This document shows positions 30,294 through 40,657 of a stretch of DNA of 64,000 bases, one piece after another. The notes under the pieces are model-generated. The model was not told the origin of the DNA, did not search any database, and saw only the letters and a list, made by a program, of their open reading frames with translations. How positions within the stretch are numbered: position 1 is the stretch's first letter; each line of letters starts with the position of its first letter. The stretch lies in contig PLYN01000045.1 of NCBI GenBank assembly GCA_003151815.1, positions 126,511 through 190,510 of the forward strand, written 5' to 3'. Made by a program: the position numbers and the translations under genes. Origin of the DNA: Bacteroidota bacterium. GTDB lineage: Bacteria; Bacteroidota; Bacteroidia; 2-12-FULL-35-15.

Positions 30294-31793
30294 ATGGCAA
30301 CAACCATCGTATTTGTCCATGGCTATAGTGTTACCAATCTAAACACATATGGCGAACTTCCTATACGCTTGCGCGAAGAAGCAAAACAAGCTGGACTCAA
30401 CATCCAAGTAGAAGAAATTTTTCTCGGGCGTTATATTAGTTTTAATGACGACGTGCGTTTAAATGATATTTCAAGAGCCTTTAAAACTGCAGTAAACGAA
30501 CAGTTATCTGATATGTTGAATGCCGGCAATCGTTTTGTATGCATCACCCATTCTACCGGTGGACCTGTTATTCGTAACTGGTGGAGCCGTTATTGTAAAA
30601 ACTCCGACAAACCCTGCCCTATGAGCCATTTAATTATGCTGGCACCGGCTAATTTTGGTTCAGCATTAGCCCAATTAGGCAAAGGGAAATTAAGTCGTTT
30701 AAAATCCTGGTTTGATGGTGTAGAGCCTGGTCAGGGAGTTTTAAACTGGTTGGAATTAGGTAGCGCTGAAGCTTGGGAGCTTAACAAAGAATGGATTATA
30801 AGTAATGGTAAGCAAATAGGAAGCGATGGAATTTTTCCATTTGTACTAGCCGGACAAACCATTGACCGCAAGTTGTTCGACCACTTAAATACCTATACCG
30901 GCGAATTGGGTTCAGATGGTGTAGTACGTGTTGCCACTACCAATTTGAATGCACGTTATATAAAATTGATGCAGCCAATACCGACAAAAAATGAAAATGG
31001 ATTTGAAGTTATCGAATATAATCAGGCACCTGCAACAGCAACACGAGTAATTTCAGGAAAATCACACAGTGGAGATGATATAGGAATAATGAAAAGTGTG
31101 AAAAAAGAACTGAGCGATTCCGATAGCAGCGAAACACTTAAGGCAATTATCAATTGTATTCGGGTAACAAATAATGCTCAATACAATGCATTAACATTGC
31201 AATTTATAAATGAAACAGAACAAGTACAACAACAAGAATTAGTGGAAACAGAAAAAGAGATATTTCTGAAAGAAAGAGATTTTATACACGATAAATTTTC
31301 ACAGGTAATTTTTAGAGTGCGTGATACCGAAGGTTATCCTGTTACTGATTACGATCTTATTTTAACTGCAGGTCCTCAGAATGATGCCAACCATCTTCCT
31401 GAAGATTTCGTTGTAGATAAACAAAAAAATTATGTCACTCCTGAAACATTAACCTACTTTTTTAATTACAATATAATGAATGGATTTCCCGCCATAAAAA
31501 ATTCTAAAGGAGAAATTATACGCGATGCAATTGAAAAAACAGAAAGCATGGGATTAGAAATTTACCCTCGTCCGGATAACGGATTCATGCGTTACCTTCC
31601 TTACAAAATAAAAGCAAACGCCGACCTCCTGCAAAAAGCATTAAGTCCCAACAACACGACTTTAATTGATATTGTTATGCAACGTATTGTGAGTAAAGAA
31701 GTATTCCGATTAACAAAAGTTGGAGACTCAATGCCAACAACAAACGAAGGTGATTTTAAAGATGTGGAACCGGGAAATGAGATCGTGGAATAG
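30294..31793 (+). CDS. Alpha/beta-hydrolase fold lipase/phospholipase-like protein
   Basis: VFVHG, nucleophile elbow THSTGG, LAPANFGS, SDGVV, SHS; TATATTTG box at 30262-30269. Confidence 0.78.
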   Translation: MATTIVFVHGYSVTNLNTYGELPIRLREEAKQAGLNIQVEEIFLGRYISFNDDVRLNDISRAFKTAVNEQLSDMLNAGNRFVCITHSTGGPVIRNWWSRYCKNSDKPCPMSHLIMLAPANFGSALAQLGKGKLSRLKSWFDGVEPGQGVLNWLELGSAEAWELNKEWIISNGKQIGSDGIFPFVLAGQTIDRKLFDHLNTYTGELGSDGVVRVATTNLNARYIKLMQPIPTKNENGFEVIEYNQAPATATRVISGKSHSGDDIGIMKSVKKELSDSDSSETLKAIINCIRVTNNAQYNALTLQFINETEQVQQQELVETEKEIFLKERDFIHDKFSQVIFRVRDTEGYPVTDYDLILTAGPQNDANHLPEDFVVDKQKNYVTPETLTYFFNYNIMNGFPAIKNSKGEIIRDAIEKTESMGLEIYPRPDNGFMRYLPYKIKANADLLQKALSPNNTTLIDIVMQRIVSKEVFRLTKVGDSMPTTNEGDFKDVEPGNEIVE

Positions 31794-31819
31794 TAAAGAT
31801 TTCTTTTTTTATTACAAAA

Positions 31820-31852
31820 AACTTTAAACTTTGAACTTTCTAACTTTGAACT
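31820..31852. repeat. Unpaired arm of the AACTTTA/AACTTTG repeat family
   Basis: AACTTTAAACTTTGAACTTTCTAACTTTGAACT, ending 7 nt before the yraN ATG. Confidence 0.85.
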
Positions 31853-31859
31853 TAAAATA

Positions 31860-32225
31860 ATGGCAGAACATAATGAAACAGGCACTAAAGGAGAGGAATT
31901 GGCCGCCACATTTTTAGCAAACAAGGGATATATTATACTTGAAAAAAACTGGAGATTTAAAAATCTGGAGGCCGATATAATAGCAACTATTTCTAAAACA
32001 TTAATTATTGCTGAAGTGAAAACACGCAAAAGCAATTATTTTGGAGAGCCCGAAACATTCGTTAACAAACAAAAACAAAGCAATCTGATCAAAGTTGCGC
32101 AAAGTTATATTGAACGCAACAACCTGGATCTGGAAGTTCGCTTTGATATTATTTCGGTTACTACAGGCAACAATCAAACTACAATAAATCACATTGAGGA
32201 TGCCTTTTACCCTAAGGTTCATTAA
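31860..32225 (+). CDS. yraN: YraN family (UPF0102) protein
   Basis: G..GEELA..FL..KGY.ILEKNWR, EADII, EVKTR, RFDII. Confidence 0.92.
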   Translation: MAEHNETGTKGEELAATFLANKGYIILEKNWRFKNLEADIIATISKTLIIAEVKTRKSNYFGEPETFVNKQKQSNLIKVAQSYIERNNLDLEVRFDIISVTTGNNQTTINHIEDAFYPKVH

Positions 32226-32290
32226 TTAAATACAGTTCATTTTATAGTTCTATTCTATTGGCTTTGCGTATCTTTGCAAAAAACAAAAAG

Positions 32291-33856
32291 ATGGCAAAAG
32301 TATTCAAACGTAGCGGTAGCAAAGATTTTTCTGCAAAAGGTTCAGCAGGAAAAGGCAAAAGCAAATTCAGTGCAAAAAAAGATCCCCGCGATAGTTCAGA
32401 GAAAAAAACTTCATATAGTCGTCCCAACGATGATTCACGCCCTTCCGGAAAATTTAAAGCTAAGGACGAAAAAGGCTTCAACAGCGATAAAGCACCTGAA
32501 TCTAAAAAAACCAGAATAGATAAACGTGATAACAAACCTGTTTTTGAACGTTTCCGCGATGATTCACGCCCCTCTGATTTTGGTACTTCTAAAAATCGTG
32601 GCACATCCAATTATAACGATTCCCACAAAAAAAGCGATTCAGATAAACCGCCTTTCAAGAAAAAATATGACGATGGTGATGAAAAGCCATCATTCAGAGA
32701 TAGAAGCGATGATAAACCAAGATCATTTAATAAAAAACCTTTTTCAGATAAACCTGCTTTCAAGAAAAGGCGTGATGATGGCGATAACAAACCCTCTTTC
32801 AGAGAAAGCAGTGATGACAAACCAAGATCATTTAATAAAAAACCTTTTTCTGAGAAGCCTGCTTTCAAGAAAAGGCGTGATGATGGTGATAACAAACCAT
32901 CTTTAAAAGAAAGAGAAAATAACACACCAAGATCATTTGGTAAAAAACCATTTTCTGAGAAGCCTGCTTTTGTTAGAAAAAGCGACGGAGTGAATTCCAA
33001 TGATTTGAAGGAAAGTGATTTTGAATATGACAATGAAAAACCAAAATACAACGGTAATAGCGGAAGACCATTTAAAAAATCGAAACCATCAACCAACAAA
33101 AAATCAGGATCTTCAACTCCTCAAAGAGAAACAGATGATGGCTTGATTCGTCTTAATAAATATCTCTCAAATGCGGGTATTTGCTCACGCAGAGAGGCTG
33201 ATGATCTGATTTCTTCAGGTGTAGTTCAGGTAAATGGAAAAACGATAACCGAGGGATACAGGGTAAAGCCGACTGACATTGTTAAATACGGTGGTCAAAC
33301 ATTAAAAAAAGAGCGCCTTGTATATTTAATTTTAAACAAGCCGAAAGATTATATCACTACCGTTGATGATCCTCAAGAACGCAGAACAGTTTTAGAATTA
33401 GTACAAGATGCCTGCAAAGAACGCATTTATCCTGTTGGCCGTTTAGATAGAGCTACCACAGGTTTGCTGATGTTCACCAATGATGGCGACCTAACAAAAA
33501 AATTAACTCACCCACGTTACGGTGTTCGAAAAATTTACCACGTTGAACTTGATAAACCACTAAAAAAAGTGGATTTAGAAAAAATTTCGGAAGGCATTGA
33601 ACTGGAAGATGGTCCTATCAAAGTGGATGAAGTTAGCTATGTGGGCGATGGCGCAGACAAAACACAAGTAGGTGTTGAAATACACTCAGGCAAAAACCGT
33701 ATCGTTCGCAGAATATTTGAACACATGGGTTACAACGTTAGAAAACTTGATAGAGTAATGTTTGGTTCATTAACAAAAAAAGATCTGCCTCGAGGCCGCT
33801 GGAGAATACTTTCTGACGCTGAAGTGGGAATGTTGAAGATGATCAGCGCTGATTAA
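32291..33856 (+). CDS. rluB: S4-domain rRNA pseudouridine synthase (RluB-like) with long charged N-terminal extension
   Basis: RLNKYLSNAGICSRREAD, YPVGRLDRATTGLL, GKNRIVRR; TATCTTTG box at 32269-32276 favours the ATG at 32291. Confidence 0.85.
   Translation: MAKVFKRSGSKDFSAKGSAGKGKSKFSAKKDPRDSSEKKTSYSRPNDDSRPSGKFKAKDEKGFNSDKAPESKKTRIDKRDNKPVFERFRDDSRPSDFGTSKNRGTSNYNDSHKKSDSDKPPFKKKYDDGDEKPSFRDRSDDKPRSFNKKPFSDKPAFKKRRDDGDNKPSFRESSDDKPRSFNKKPFSEKPAFKKRRDDGDNKPSLKERENNTPRSFGKKPFSEKPAFVRKSDGVNSNDLKESDFEYDNEKPKYNGNSGRPFKKSKPSTNKKSGSSTPQRETDDGLIRLNKYLSNAGICSRREADDLISSGVVQVNGKTITEGYRVKPTDIVKYGGQTLKKERLVYLILNKPKDYITTVDDPQERRTVLELVQDACKERIYPVGRLDRATTGLLMFTNDGDLTKKLTHPRYGVRKIYHVELDKPLKKVDLEKISEGIELEDGPIKVDEVSYVGDGADKTQVGVEIHSGKNRIVRRIFEHMGYNVRKLDRVMFGSLTKKDLPRGRWRILSDAEVGMLKMISAD
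32642..32971 (+). repeat. In-frame 105-bp (35-aa) tandem repeat, 3 copies plus a partial
   Basis: Units start at 32642, 32747, 32852 and 32957 (DKPAFKKRRDDGDNKPSF...PRSFNKKPFS). Confidence 0.92.
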
Positions 33857-33966
33857 TTTTTTAACATACTAAACTTATCCACCTTTCGTTATTGATAACA
33901 TCTTTCGACTATACAAAAGTTGACACTGTTTTTTTATAAACTTTGTATTGTAAAAAGGATATTCGA

Positions 33967-36627
33967 ATGAATAACGAAAACGAAGTAGATCCTCAATTAC
34001 CTTCTAATAAAAAATCACCACTGATATTTCGTATGCTGTGGCGGTTCATTATTTTCTTATTTATTTTATTTGCTTTTGTTTTTACCGGAGCCTTACTAGT
34101 TGGTTATTATTACCAGGATGAAGTAAAAGGATATGTGATTTCGGAATTGAACAAACATCTCAATACCGAAATCATTGTGGATGGCAAAGATATTGATTTT
34201 ACTCTTATCAAAAATTTTCCTTATGCCTCGGTCGACTTCAAAAATGTAAAAGCACTGGATGCGGTAAAAACAAAAGACAAAGACACCCTATTCACAGCAG
34301 GAAAAATATCTCTTCAATTTAATATTGTTGATGTTTTTCATAAAAACTATCATGTAAAAAAAATAAAAATTGATGATGCTGATCTGAAAATCCGAATAGA
34401 TAAAAACGGAAATGATAATTATCATTTTTGGAGATCATCACCGGAAACAGACTCTACCGCTTTTTCTTTTGCACTGGAAGAAATCATTTTAAATCACATT
34501 CAATTTTCTTTCAAGAATTACAGAACAAAACAAAGCGCCGATGTATTAATTAACAATAGCAAACTATCCGGACATTTCTCTACCGAAAAACATTCATTGG
34601 AAATCGAAAGTAATATCCTTATAAACCGAATTGTAACAGACGGCAGAACGTATCTACGCAAAAAAAATATTCAAGTCGAACTTGCATTGGAAGTGGATAA
34701 TACAATTCAATCCTATAAAATAAAAAAAGGGAAAATTAAAATAGAAAATTTACTATTCGAGGTCGTGGGCAATGTGATGAACGAAAGTCAGGCTGGCAAC
34801 GAACTGATCGTGAACATTGGCGTTCGGGGTGAAAATATGGATATAAGATCTGTATTGTCTATCATCCCAAATCAGTATAAAGACAGAATTAATGATTACG
34901 AAAGTAATGGTGAATTTTATTTTGATGCAGTGGTAAAAGGTAGTTTATCTGAAAATAAAATGCCATTCATTGAAGCTAATTTTGGAATTAAAAATGCAGA
35001 TATCACACACATAAAAAACAACATTGTTTTGCATGATGTGAATTTAAAAGCTCGTTATTCTAACGGAAACAAAGCCAATGCTGAAACATCATTATTAGAA
35101 TTAACCGCTTTTTCTGCCACCATAAATAACGGTTCTGTTGCAGGTGAATTATTAATCAATAATTTAAATGATCCTTCTGTTGAGGCAAAAATAAAAGCAA
35201 ATATCAGTTTGGAAGAATTACAAAAATTTATAAAAATTGACACTATCGAAAGTATCACCGGGCAATTAAAAATGAACGCTTCGTTTAACGGGAAATGGAA
35301 TAATATTAATTCTACAAACTATCAAGACATCACTGCAAAGGGTAATTTGGCAATCACAGACATGAACGTAAAGTTGAAAAACAATTCCCTGGAGTTTACC
35401 AATATCAATGGGGATTTTAATTTCAATAACAATGATTTAATGGTAAATGAATTGAAAGGAAATATTGCAAATAGTGATTTTGATCTGAAAGGAATTTTTA
35501 AGAATAGTATCGGCTTTGCTTTAAACGAAAATCAGGACATCACTATAGAAGCTACTCTTCATTCAAAAAATATTGATCTTAATGAATTGCTTGCAAACAA
35601 AGAAGAAAAAAAACAATCGACAAGTAAATATAAACTTAAATTTTCGGAACATTTGAATGTAAATCTGGTTAGTGAAATTGAGCATCTGTCGTTCAGGAAA
35701 TTTGATGCAACCGATATCAGGGGGATCATTATTCTAAAAGATAAAAAATTGATGGCTGACCCGATACAACTTTCTACCATGAATGGAAACATCACTGTTA
35801 GCGGATTAGTGGACGGAAGTGATTCAACAAAATTATTGATCACCTGTTTTTCTGATGTCAATAAAATAAATGTTTCTAAATTATTTACATCCTTCGAAAA
35901 TTTCACCCAATCATCCATCACAGATCAAAATATCAAAGGATTGGTTACCGCTAAAATTCAATTTGCATCGGTGCTTAGCCCTGAATTAACTACAGATATG
36001 AGTAAATTAATCGCAACTATAGATATGACAATTGAAAATGGAGAGTTGAACAATGTAGAATCTATGAAAAGTTTGTCGCGTTTTATTGAATTGAAAGAAT
36101 TGAACAGCATTCGTTTTGCAACACTTAAAAATTCCTTCGAAATAAAAAATCAAATCCTTTCATTCCCAAAAATGGAAATTAAATCAAGTGCTATAAATAT
36201 TACCCTTTCCGGAACTCATACCTTTAACAATGATATTAATTATAAAATAAAACTATCATTGAATGATCTATTATCTAAGAAAGCGAAGAAAGCAAAAAAA
36301 GAAAATAATGAATTTGGAGAATTGGCTGATGATGGGCTTGGACGCACTAATATTTTTTTAACAATGACCGGCACTGTTGAACATCCAATTATAAAATATG
36401 ACAGCAAAGGAGCAATTCAGAATATGAAAATTGAGTTAAAAAAAGAAAAGAATACCTTAAAAACCATATTGAAAGAGGAGTTCGGACTCTTTAAAAAAGA
36501 TACAACCTTAAATAGAAAAACTAAAAAAGAAGAAACTAAATTCATTATCAAATGGGACGAAGTCGATAAAAAAGAAGAAAAAAAAGAATTGAAATTGCCG
36601 AAAAAGAAAGAAGACGACGATTTTTAA
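33967..36627 (+). CDS. AsmA family protein
   Basis: N-terminal TM anchor, repeated beta-taco-like segments, AsmA-like C-terminus (LSGTHTFNNDINY). Confidence 0.82.
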   Translation: MNNENEVDPQLPSNKKSPLIFRMLWRFIIFLFILFAFVFTGALLVGYYYQDEVKGYVISELNKHLNTEIIVDGKDIDFTLIKNFPYASVDFKNVKALDAVKTKDKDTLFTAGKISLQFNIVDVFHKNYHVKKIKIDDADLKIRIDKNGNDNYHFWRSSPETDSTAFSFALEEIILNHIQFSFKNYRTKQSADVLINNSKLSGHFSTEKHSLEIESNILINRIVTDGRTYLRKKNIQVELALEVDNTIQSYKIKKGKIKIENLLFEVVGNVMNESQAGNELIVNIGVRGENMDIRSVLSIIPNQYKDRINDYESNGEFYFDAVVKGSLSENKMPFIEANFGIKNADITHIKNNIVLHDVNLKARYSNGNKANAETSLLELTAFSATINNGSVAGELLINNLNDPSVEAKIKANISLEELQKFIKIDTIESITGQLKMNASFNGKWNNINSTNYQDITAKGNLAITDMNVKLKNNSLEFTNINGDFNFNNNDLMVNELKGNIANSDFDLKGIFKNSIGFALNENQDITIEATLHSKNIDLNELLANKEEKKQSTSKYKLKFSEHLNVNLVSEIEHLSFRKFDATDIRGIIILKDKKLMADPIQLSTMNGNITVSGLVDGSDSTKLLITCFSDVNKINVSKLFTSFENFTQSSITDQNIKGLVTAKIQFASVLSPELTTDMSKLIATIDMTIENGELNNVESMKSLSRFIELKELNSIRFATLKNSFEIKNQILSFPKMEIKSSAINITLSGTHTFNNDINYKIKLSLNDLLSKKAKKAKKENNEFGELADDGLGRTNIFLTMTGTVEHPIIKYDSKGAIQNMKIELKKEKNTLKTILKEEFGLFKKDTTLNRKTKKEETKFIIKWDEVDKKEEKKELKLPKKKEDDDF

Positions 36628-36652
36628 TTCGATAGAATTTTGTACCTACCGC

Positions 36653-36757
36653 TGGTCAGGATTTATAATCCTGACCAAAGAGCTTGCAGATTTGAAATCT
36701 GCAAGTATAAATTAAAAAACAGATCTTAAACTTATTCAATTTGATTTGCAAATCCAA
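36653..36757. repeat. Cluster of GATTT..AATC REP-like palindromes
   Basis: TGGTCAGGATT-tat-AATCCTGACCA, CTTGCAGATTT-g-AAATCTGCAAG and a degenerate TTGATTTGCAAATCCAA. Confidence 0.82.
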
Positions 36758-36811
36758 CCCAACTCAATAAAAAAATACTAAATTCGTAATACTAAAATAA
36801 ATTTTATCCTC

Positions 36812-38314
36812 GTGAGTATCTATTCAAAAAAACAACAATGGAAGTTATGGCTGTTTATGACTGCTGTAATTATTTTTGGTGCCTCATTATGGTATACCAA
36901 TGTTTTGGTGAATAAAATTGCGAAAGAAGAACGTAAAAAAGTAAAATTATGGGCGGATGCTATTCAGAAAAAAGCAAATCTTGTAAAATACACCAACGAA
37001 TTATTTAATAAGATAAAAACAGACGAGCGAAAAAAAGTAGAACTGTGGGCAGAAGCAACCAAACAACTATCAAAAGATCTGAGCGATTACAGTTTTGTAT
37101 TAAAAGTAGTTTCCGATAATACAACCGTACCCGTTATACTTGCTGATGAAAACAGAACGCCGCTCACCTCCCGAAATTTAGATCCTAAAAAAGAGAATGA
37201 TAAAGCTTATTTAATAGCACAAATGAAGGAAATGCGCGAAGTTCAAGAGCCTATTAAGATAGATGTCTATCGAGGAAAAAAAAATTATCTCTACTACAAA
37301 GACTCTAAACTTTTTTCAGAATTAAAAACAGTATTGGATGATCTGGTAAAATCATTTATTTCTGAAGTTGCCGTAAACTCTGCATCTGTCCCTGTTATTT
37401 ATACCGATTCAACCAAAATGAATGTGATTGCTTCCGGCAATATCGACTCATCAAAAATACATGACACCACTTTCTTGAAAACAACCTTAATAACCATGAG
37501 CTCCCAAAATCAGCCCATTGAAGTTGAGTTTGGCGATGGCAGTAAAAGTTATATTTTCTATCAGGAGTCTAAACTTTTAACACAATTAAAATATTATCCT
37601 TATGTGATGTTTGGTACTATTGGTATGTTTTTATTAATTGCCTATTTACTTTTCAGTACAGCACGAAAAGTAGAACAAAACCAGGTATGGGTAGGAATGG
37701 CAAAAGAAACAGCCCATCAGCTGGGAACACCGCTGTCTGCCTTAATTGCCTGGCTTGAATATTTGAGATCCACCGGACTGAATCCTGAAACAGCAACCGA
37801 AATAGAAAAAGATATTAAACGTTTGGAAACGATTACTGAACGTTTTTCAAAAATTGGTTCCATTCCTAAATTAGATTATGTTGATCTTCTTCCGGTATTA
37901 AATGAGTCGGTAAATTATATTAAATTAAGAACTTCAAAAAATGTACTATTTACAATTGATACAGACAATCAAACAGAAGTGTTAGCACAATTAAACGTCC
38001 CCCTGTTTGAATGGGTGATTGAAAATTTATGTAGAAATGCTGTCGATGCGATGAATGGAAATGGATCGATTACCATTAAACTTTCTGACCAGACTCAATA
38101 TGTATACATTGATATTACAGATACTGGCAAAGGAATTCCGAAATCAAAATACAAAACCATCTTCGAGCCTGGTTTCACTACCAAAGAACGCGGTTGGGGC
38201 TTAGGCTTGTCACTCACTAAACGGATCATAGAAAATTATCATTCAGGAAAAATATTTGTAAAAAATTCCGAAATCGATAAAGGAACAACCTTTAGGATCG
38301 TGTTGAATAAATGA
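36812..38314 (+). CDS. Membrane sensor histidine kinase with duplicated periplasmic sensor module
   Basis: Two TM segments; H-box ETAHQLGTP; NAVDAM, DTGKG, GWGLGL; GTG start. Confidence 0.92.
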   Translation: MSIYSKKQQWKLWLFMTAVIIFGASLWYTNVLVNKIAKEERKKVKLWADAIQKKANLVKYTNELFNKIKTDERKKVELWAEATKQLSKDLSDYSFVLKVVSDNTTVPVILADENRTPLTSRNLDPKKENDKAYLIAQMKEMREVQEPIKIDVYRGKKNYLYYKDSKLFSELKTVLDDLVKSFISEVAVNSASVPVIYTDSTKMNVIASGNIDSSKIHDTTFLKTTLITMSSQNQPIEVEFGDGSKSYIFYQESKLLTQLKYYPYVMFGTIGMFLLIAYLLFSTARKVEQNQVWVGMAKETAHQLGTPLSALIAWLEYLRSTGLNPETATEIEKDIKRLETITERFSKIGSIPKLDYVDLLPVLNESVNYIKLRTSKNVLFTIDTDNQTEVLAQLNVPLFEWVIENLCRNAVDAMNGNGSITIKLSDQTQYVYIDITDTGKGIPKSKYKTIFEPGFTTKERGWGLGLSLTKRIIENYHSGKIFVKNSEIDKGTTFRIVLNK

Positions 38315-38316
38315 TA

Positions 38317-38440
38317 TTGATGCGCTAATTATTCGATGTGCTAATTAAACAATAATTTCATTTACGAAGCAATTCCCCCTTTTAAAGGGGGCTGGGGGAT
38401 TATTTTTTTCAATCAGCACATTAATTAATCAGCATATCAA
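38317..38440. repeat. Inverted 16-nt-period arms enclosing a half REP (CCCCCTTTTAAAGGGGG)
   Basis: Arms 38317-38346 and 38411-38440 match at 23/30 as inverted repeats; inner GC hairpin at 38375-38399. Confidence 0.8.
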
Positions 38441-38444
38441 ACCA

Positions 38445-39614
38445 ATGGCAGGCATTTACATTCATATTCCTTTTTGCAAACAAGCCTGTCATTATTGCGA
38501 TTTCCATTTTTCTACTTCACTGAAAAACAAAGATGCCTTTTTGCTTGCGCTGCAAAAAGAAATAGTGTTACAGAAAGATTACCTCAGCAATCCTATCATT
38601 AAAGCAGAAGAGCCGATTGAAATAAATACGATTTATTTTGGCGGAGGCACACCATCTATCCTTTCTCAAAAAGAATTGATGAACATTTTTGATTCACTTC
38701 ACCAACATTACACAATTAGCGGAGATGCAGAAATTACATTGGAAGCCAATCCCGATGATTTAACAATAGCTAAAATAAAGGAGCTAAAAAACACTCCTGT
38801 CAATCGTTTAAGCATCGGGATCCAAAGTTTTTATGATGAGGATCTAAAGATGATGAACAGAGCGCATAACTCAAAAGAAGCATTAAGGGTTGTAAAAGAT
38901 TCTCAAGATAAGGGGTTTGAAAACATTACAATCGATCTGATCTACGGAATCCCTACTTTGTCAACTAAAAATTGGAAACAAAATTTACAGACTGCATTTG
39001 AGCTAAATGTTAAACATATTTCAGCCTATTGCTTAACGATAGAGCCTAAAACAACTCTGGCTCACCTGGTGAAAGAAGGAAAAATAAATAATGTAGACGA
39101 GCAAAAAAGTGCCGAACATTTTGAAATAATGTTAGCGGAAATGCGGAAAAATAATTTTGAACAATATGAGATCTCAAATTTTTGTAAAGACAATTGTTAT
39201 TCAAAACACAACAGTAATTATTGGCTAAAAAAAAACTATTTGGGCTTGGGTCCTTCTGCACATTCATACAATGGAACAAGCAGACAATGGAATATTGCTA
39301 ACAATGCATTATATATTCGATCATTTGAAAAAGATTTTGATGCAGGCAAGCAATCGCGATTTGAAGAAGAAACATTAACAACATCACAACAATACAACGA
39401 ATATATTTTAACCACCTTGCGCACCATGTGGGGAACAGATTTGAAGTATATTGAAAATGTTTTCGGAAACGATTATTTGTCTTCCTGTTTAATAGAAGCA
39501 GATAAATATATTCTCTTAGGTGATATCAGAAAAGAAAACGATAAATTATTTTTAAATGATAAAGGAAAATTAATTGCCGATAAAATTGCAAGTGATTTAT
39601 TTGTCGTTGATTAA
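38445..39614 (+). CDS. hemW: Radical SAM heme chaperone HemW
   Basis: YIHIPFCKQACHYCDF, YFGGGTPS, YEISNF, HNSNYW, GLGPSAHS. Confidence 0.93.
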   Translation: MAGIYIHIPFCKQACHYCDFHFSTSLKNKDAFLLALQKEIVLQKDYLSNPIIKAEEPIEINTIYFGGGTPSILSQKELMNIFDSLHQHYTISGDAEITLEANPDDLTIAKIKELKNTPVNRLSIGIQSFYDEDLKMMNRAHNSKEALRVVKDSQDKGFENITIDLIYGIPTLSTKNWKQNLQTAFELNVKHISAYCLTIEPKTTLAHLVKEGKINNVDEQKSAEHFEIMLAEMRKNNFEQYEISNFCKDNCYSKHNSNYWLKKNYLGLGPSAHSYNGTSRQWNIANNALYIRSFEKDFDAGKQSRFEEETLTTSQQYNEYILTTLRTMWGTDLKYIENVFGNDYLSSCLIEADKYILLGDIRKENDKLFLNDKGKLIADKIASDLFVVD

Positions 39615-39615
39615 A

Positions 39616-40584
39616 TTATTCCTTCTTTTCGAGATCCATCCGAATTCGATAAGCCAAGCCAATATTAATGACCGGATAATTTTTTATTGGGCCATAAACA
39701 GGGTTATTCACCGTTTCCAATTCTTTCGTGTTATATTTATACTGTAAGGGATTTTTTCCAAGGCTATACCCAAGTTCAGCAAACAATAATATTTTTTTAT
39801 ATACAAAATAATCTACAAATAATTTTAATTGTATCTCATTGTAACGCACATAATCATACCCTTCTAATTTAGATAATCGAAAAGAACGTGTAAAAGATCT
39901 TAAACCAAAGCCCGTGTATAACTTATTTTTTATAGCATTAATTTCTATTCTATAATTTGTTGGCAAAACGCCATACATATTAATTCTATCATTTATTCTC
40001 CAATCTACTCCAACTAGCGGTATAAAAAAATTACCAAAATATTCGCGATTATAATATAAACCTGCCTTTATTTTGAGCTTTTCGTTAGGTATATATGTTT
40101 GTAAAAATACTCCTCCATATTGATAATCGTGCTTGTCAATAACATCTTTAAAATCCGATGAAAGCTTTTGAAGAGACATCACCACAGTATTCCATTTTTT
40201 ATTTGTTGAAACAAATCTAAAACCAATCGGTAATGTTAACATATATAATTTTGATGAATAAGCCAAGTCAGACATAATTGACGAATTCATCATTTCACTG
40301 TTTAATCCCAACAATAAAACATTACCGTTTTTATACTGTTTGGGTAAAAATAAATTGAAAAAATAATCATCTGTTTTATTTTTTGATTTTGCATTATCTT
40401 TATATTGAGAGGAAAATGTTTGATAGCTAAAACTAGTTACATCAATAAAAGGTTGAGAGAATCCTTTGAAAGTGATCATAAAAAAAAGAGGAAATAAAAC
40501 GAGGAGGGGACGAAAAATTTGATTATTTAAAAAACTCGGCTTATTAAAATTAACAATGCTTTTGAGTAAATTCAGAACATTCAT
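39616..40584 (-). CDS. Outer-membrane beta-barrel protein (DUF6268-like)
   Basis: Signal peptide ending GFS-Q; amphipathic strands; GLYYNREYFG.F.IPLVG.DW. Confidence 0.65.
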   Translation of the reverse strand: MNVLNLLKSIVNFNKPSFLNNQIFRPLLVLFPLFFMITFKGFSQPFIDVTSFSYQTFSSQYKDNAKSKNKTDDYFFNLFLPKQYKNGNVLLLGLNSEMMNSSIMSDLAYSSKLYMLTLPIGFRFVSTNKKWNTVVMSLQKLSSDFKDVIDKHDYQYGGVFLQTYIPNEKLKIKAGLYYNREYFGNFFIPLVGVDWRINDRINMYGVLPTNYRIEINAIKNKLYTGFGLRSFTRSFRLSKLEGYDYVRYNEIQLKLFVDYFVYKKILLFAELGYSLGKNPLQYKYNTKELETVNNPVYGPIKNYPVINIGLAYRIRMDLEKKE

Positions 40585-40602
40585 TTTAAAAAATATTTTT
40601 AT

Positions 40603-40639
40603 AAAAAAAATCCCCCCTACAATTCCTAGGGAGGATTTT
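40603..40639 (-). terminator. Intrinsic terminator after porP
   Basis: Imperfect AAAATCCCCCCTA/TAGGGAGGATTTT hairpin; the A-run gives a U-tail on the minus strand. Confidence 0.65.
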
Positions 40640-40657
40640 AAATTTTTCTTGACTAAA

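Noticed and set aside
32642..32971. Possible CRISPR or non-coding repeat array
   Set aside because: The 105-bp period is in frame, variation is largely codon-wise, and it lies inside the pseudouridine synthase CDS.
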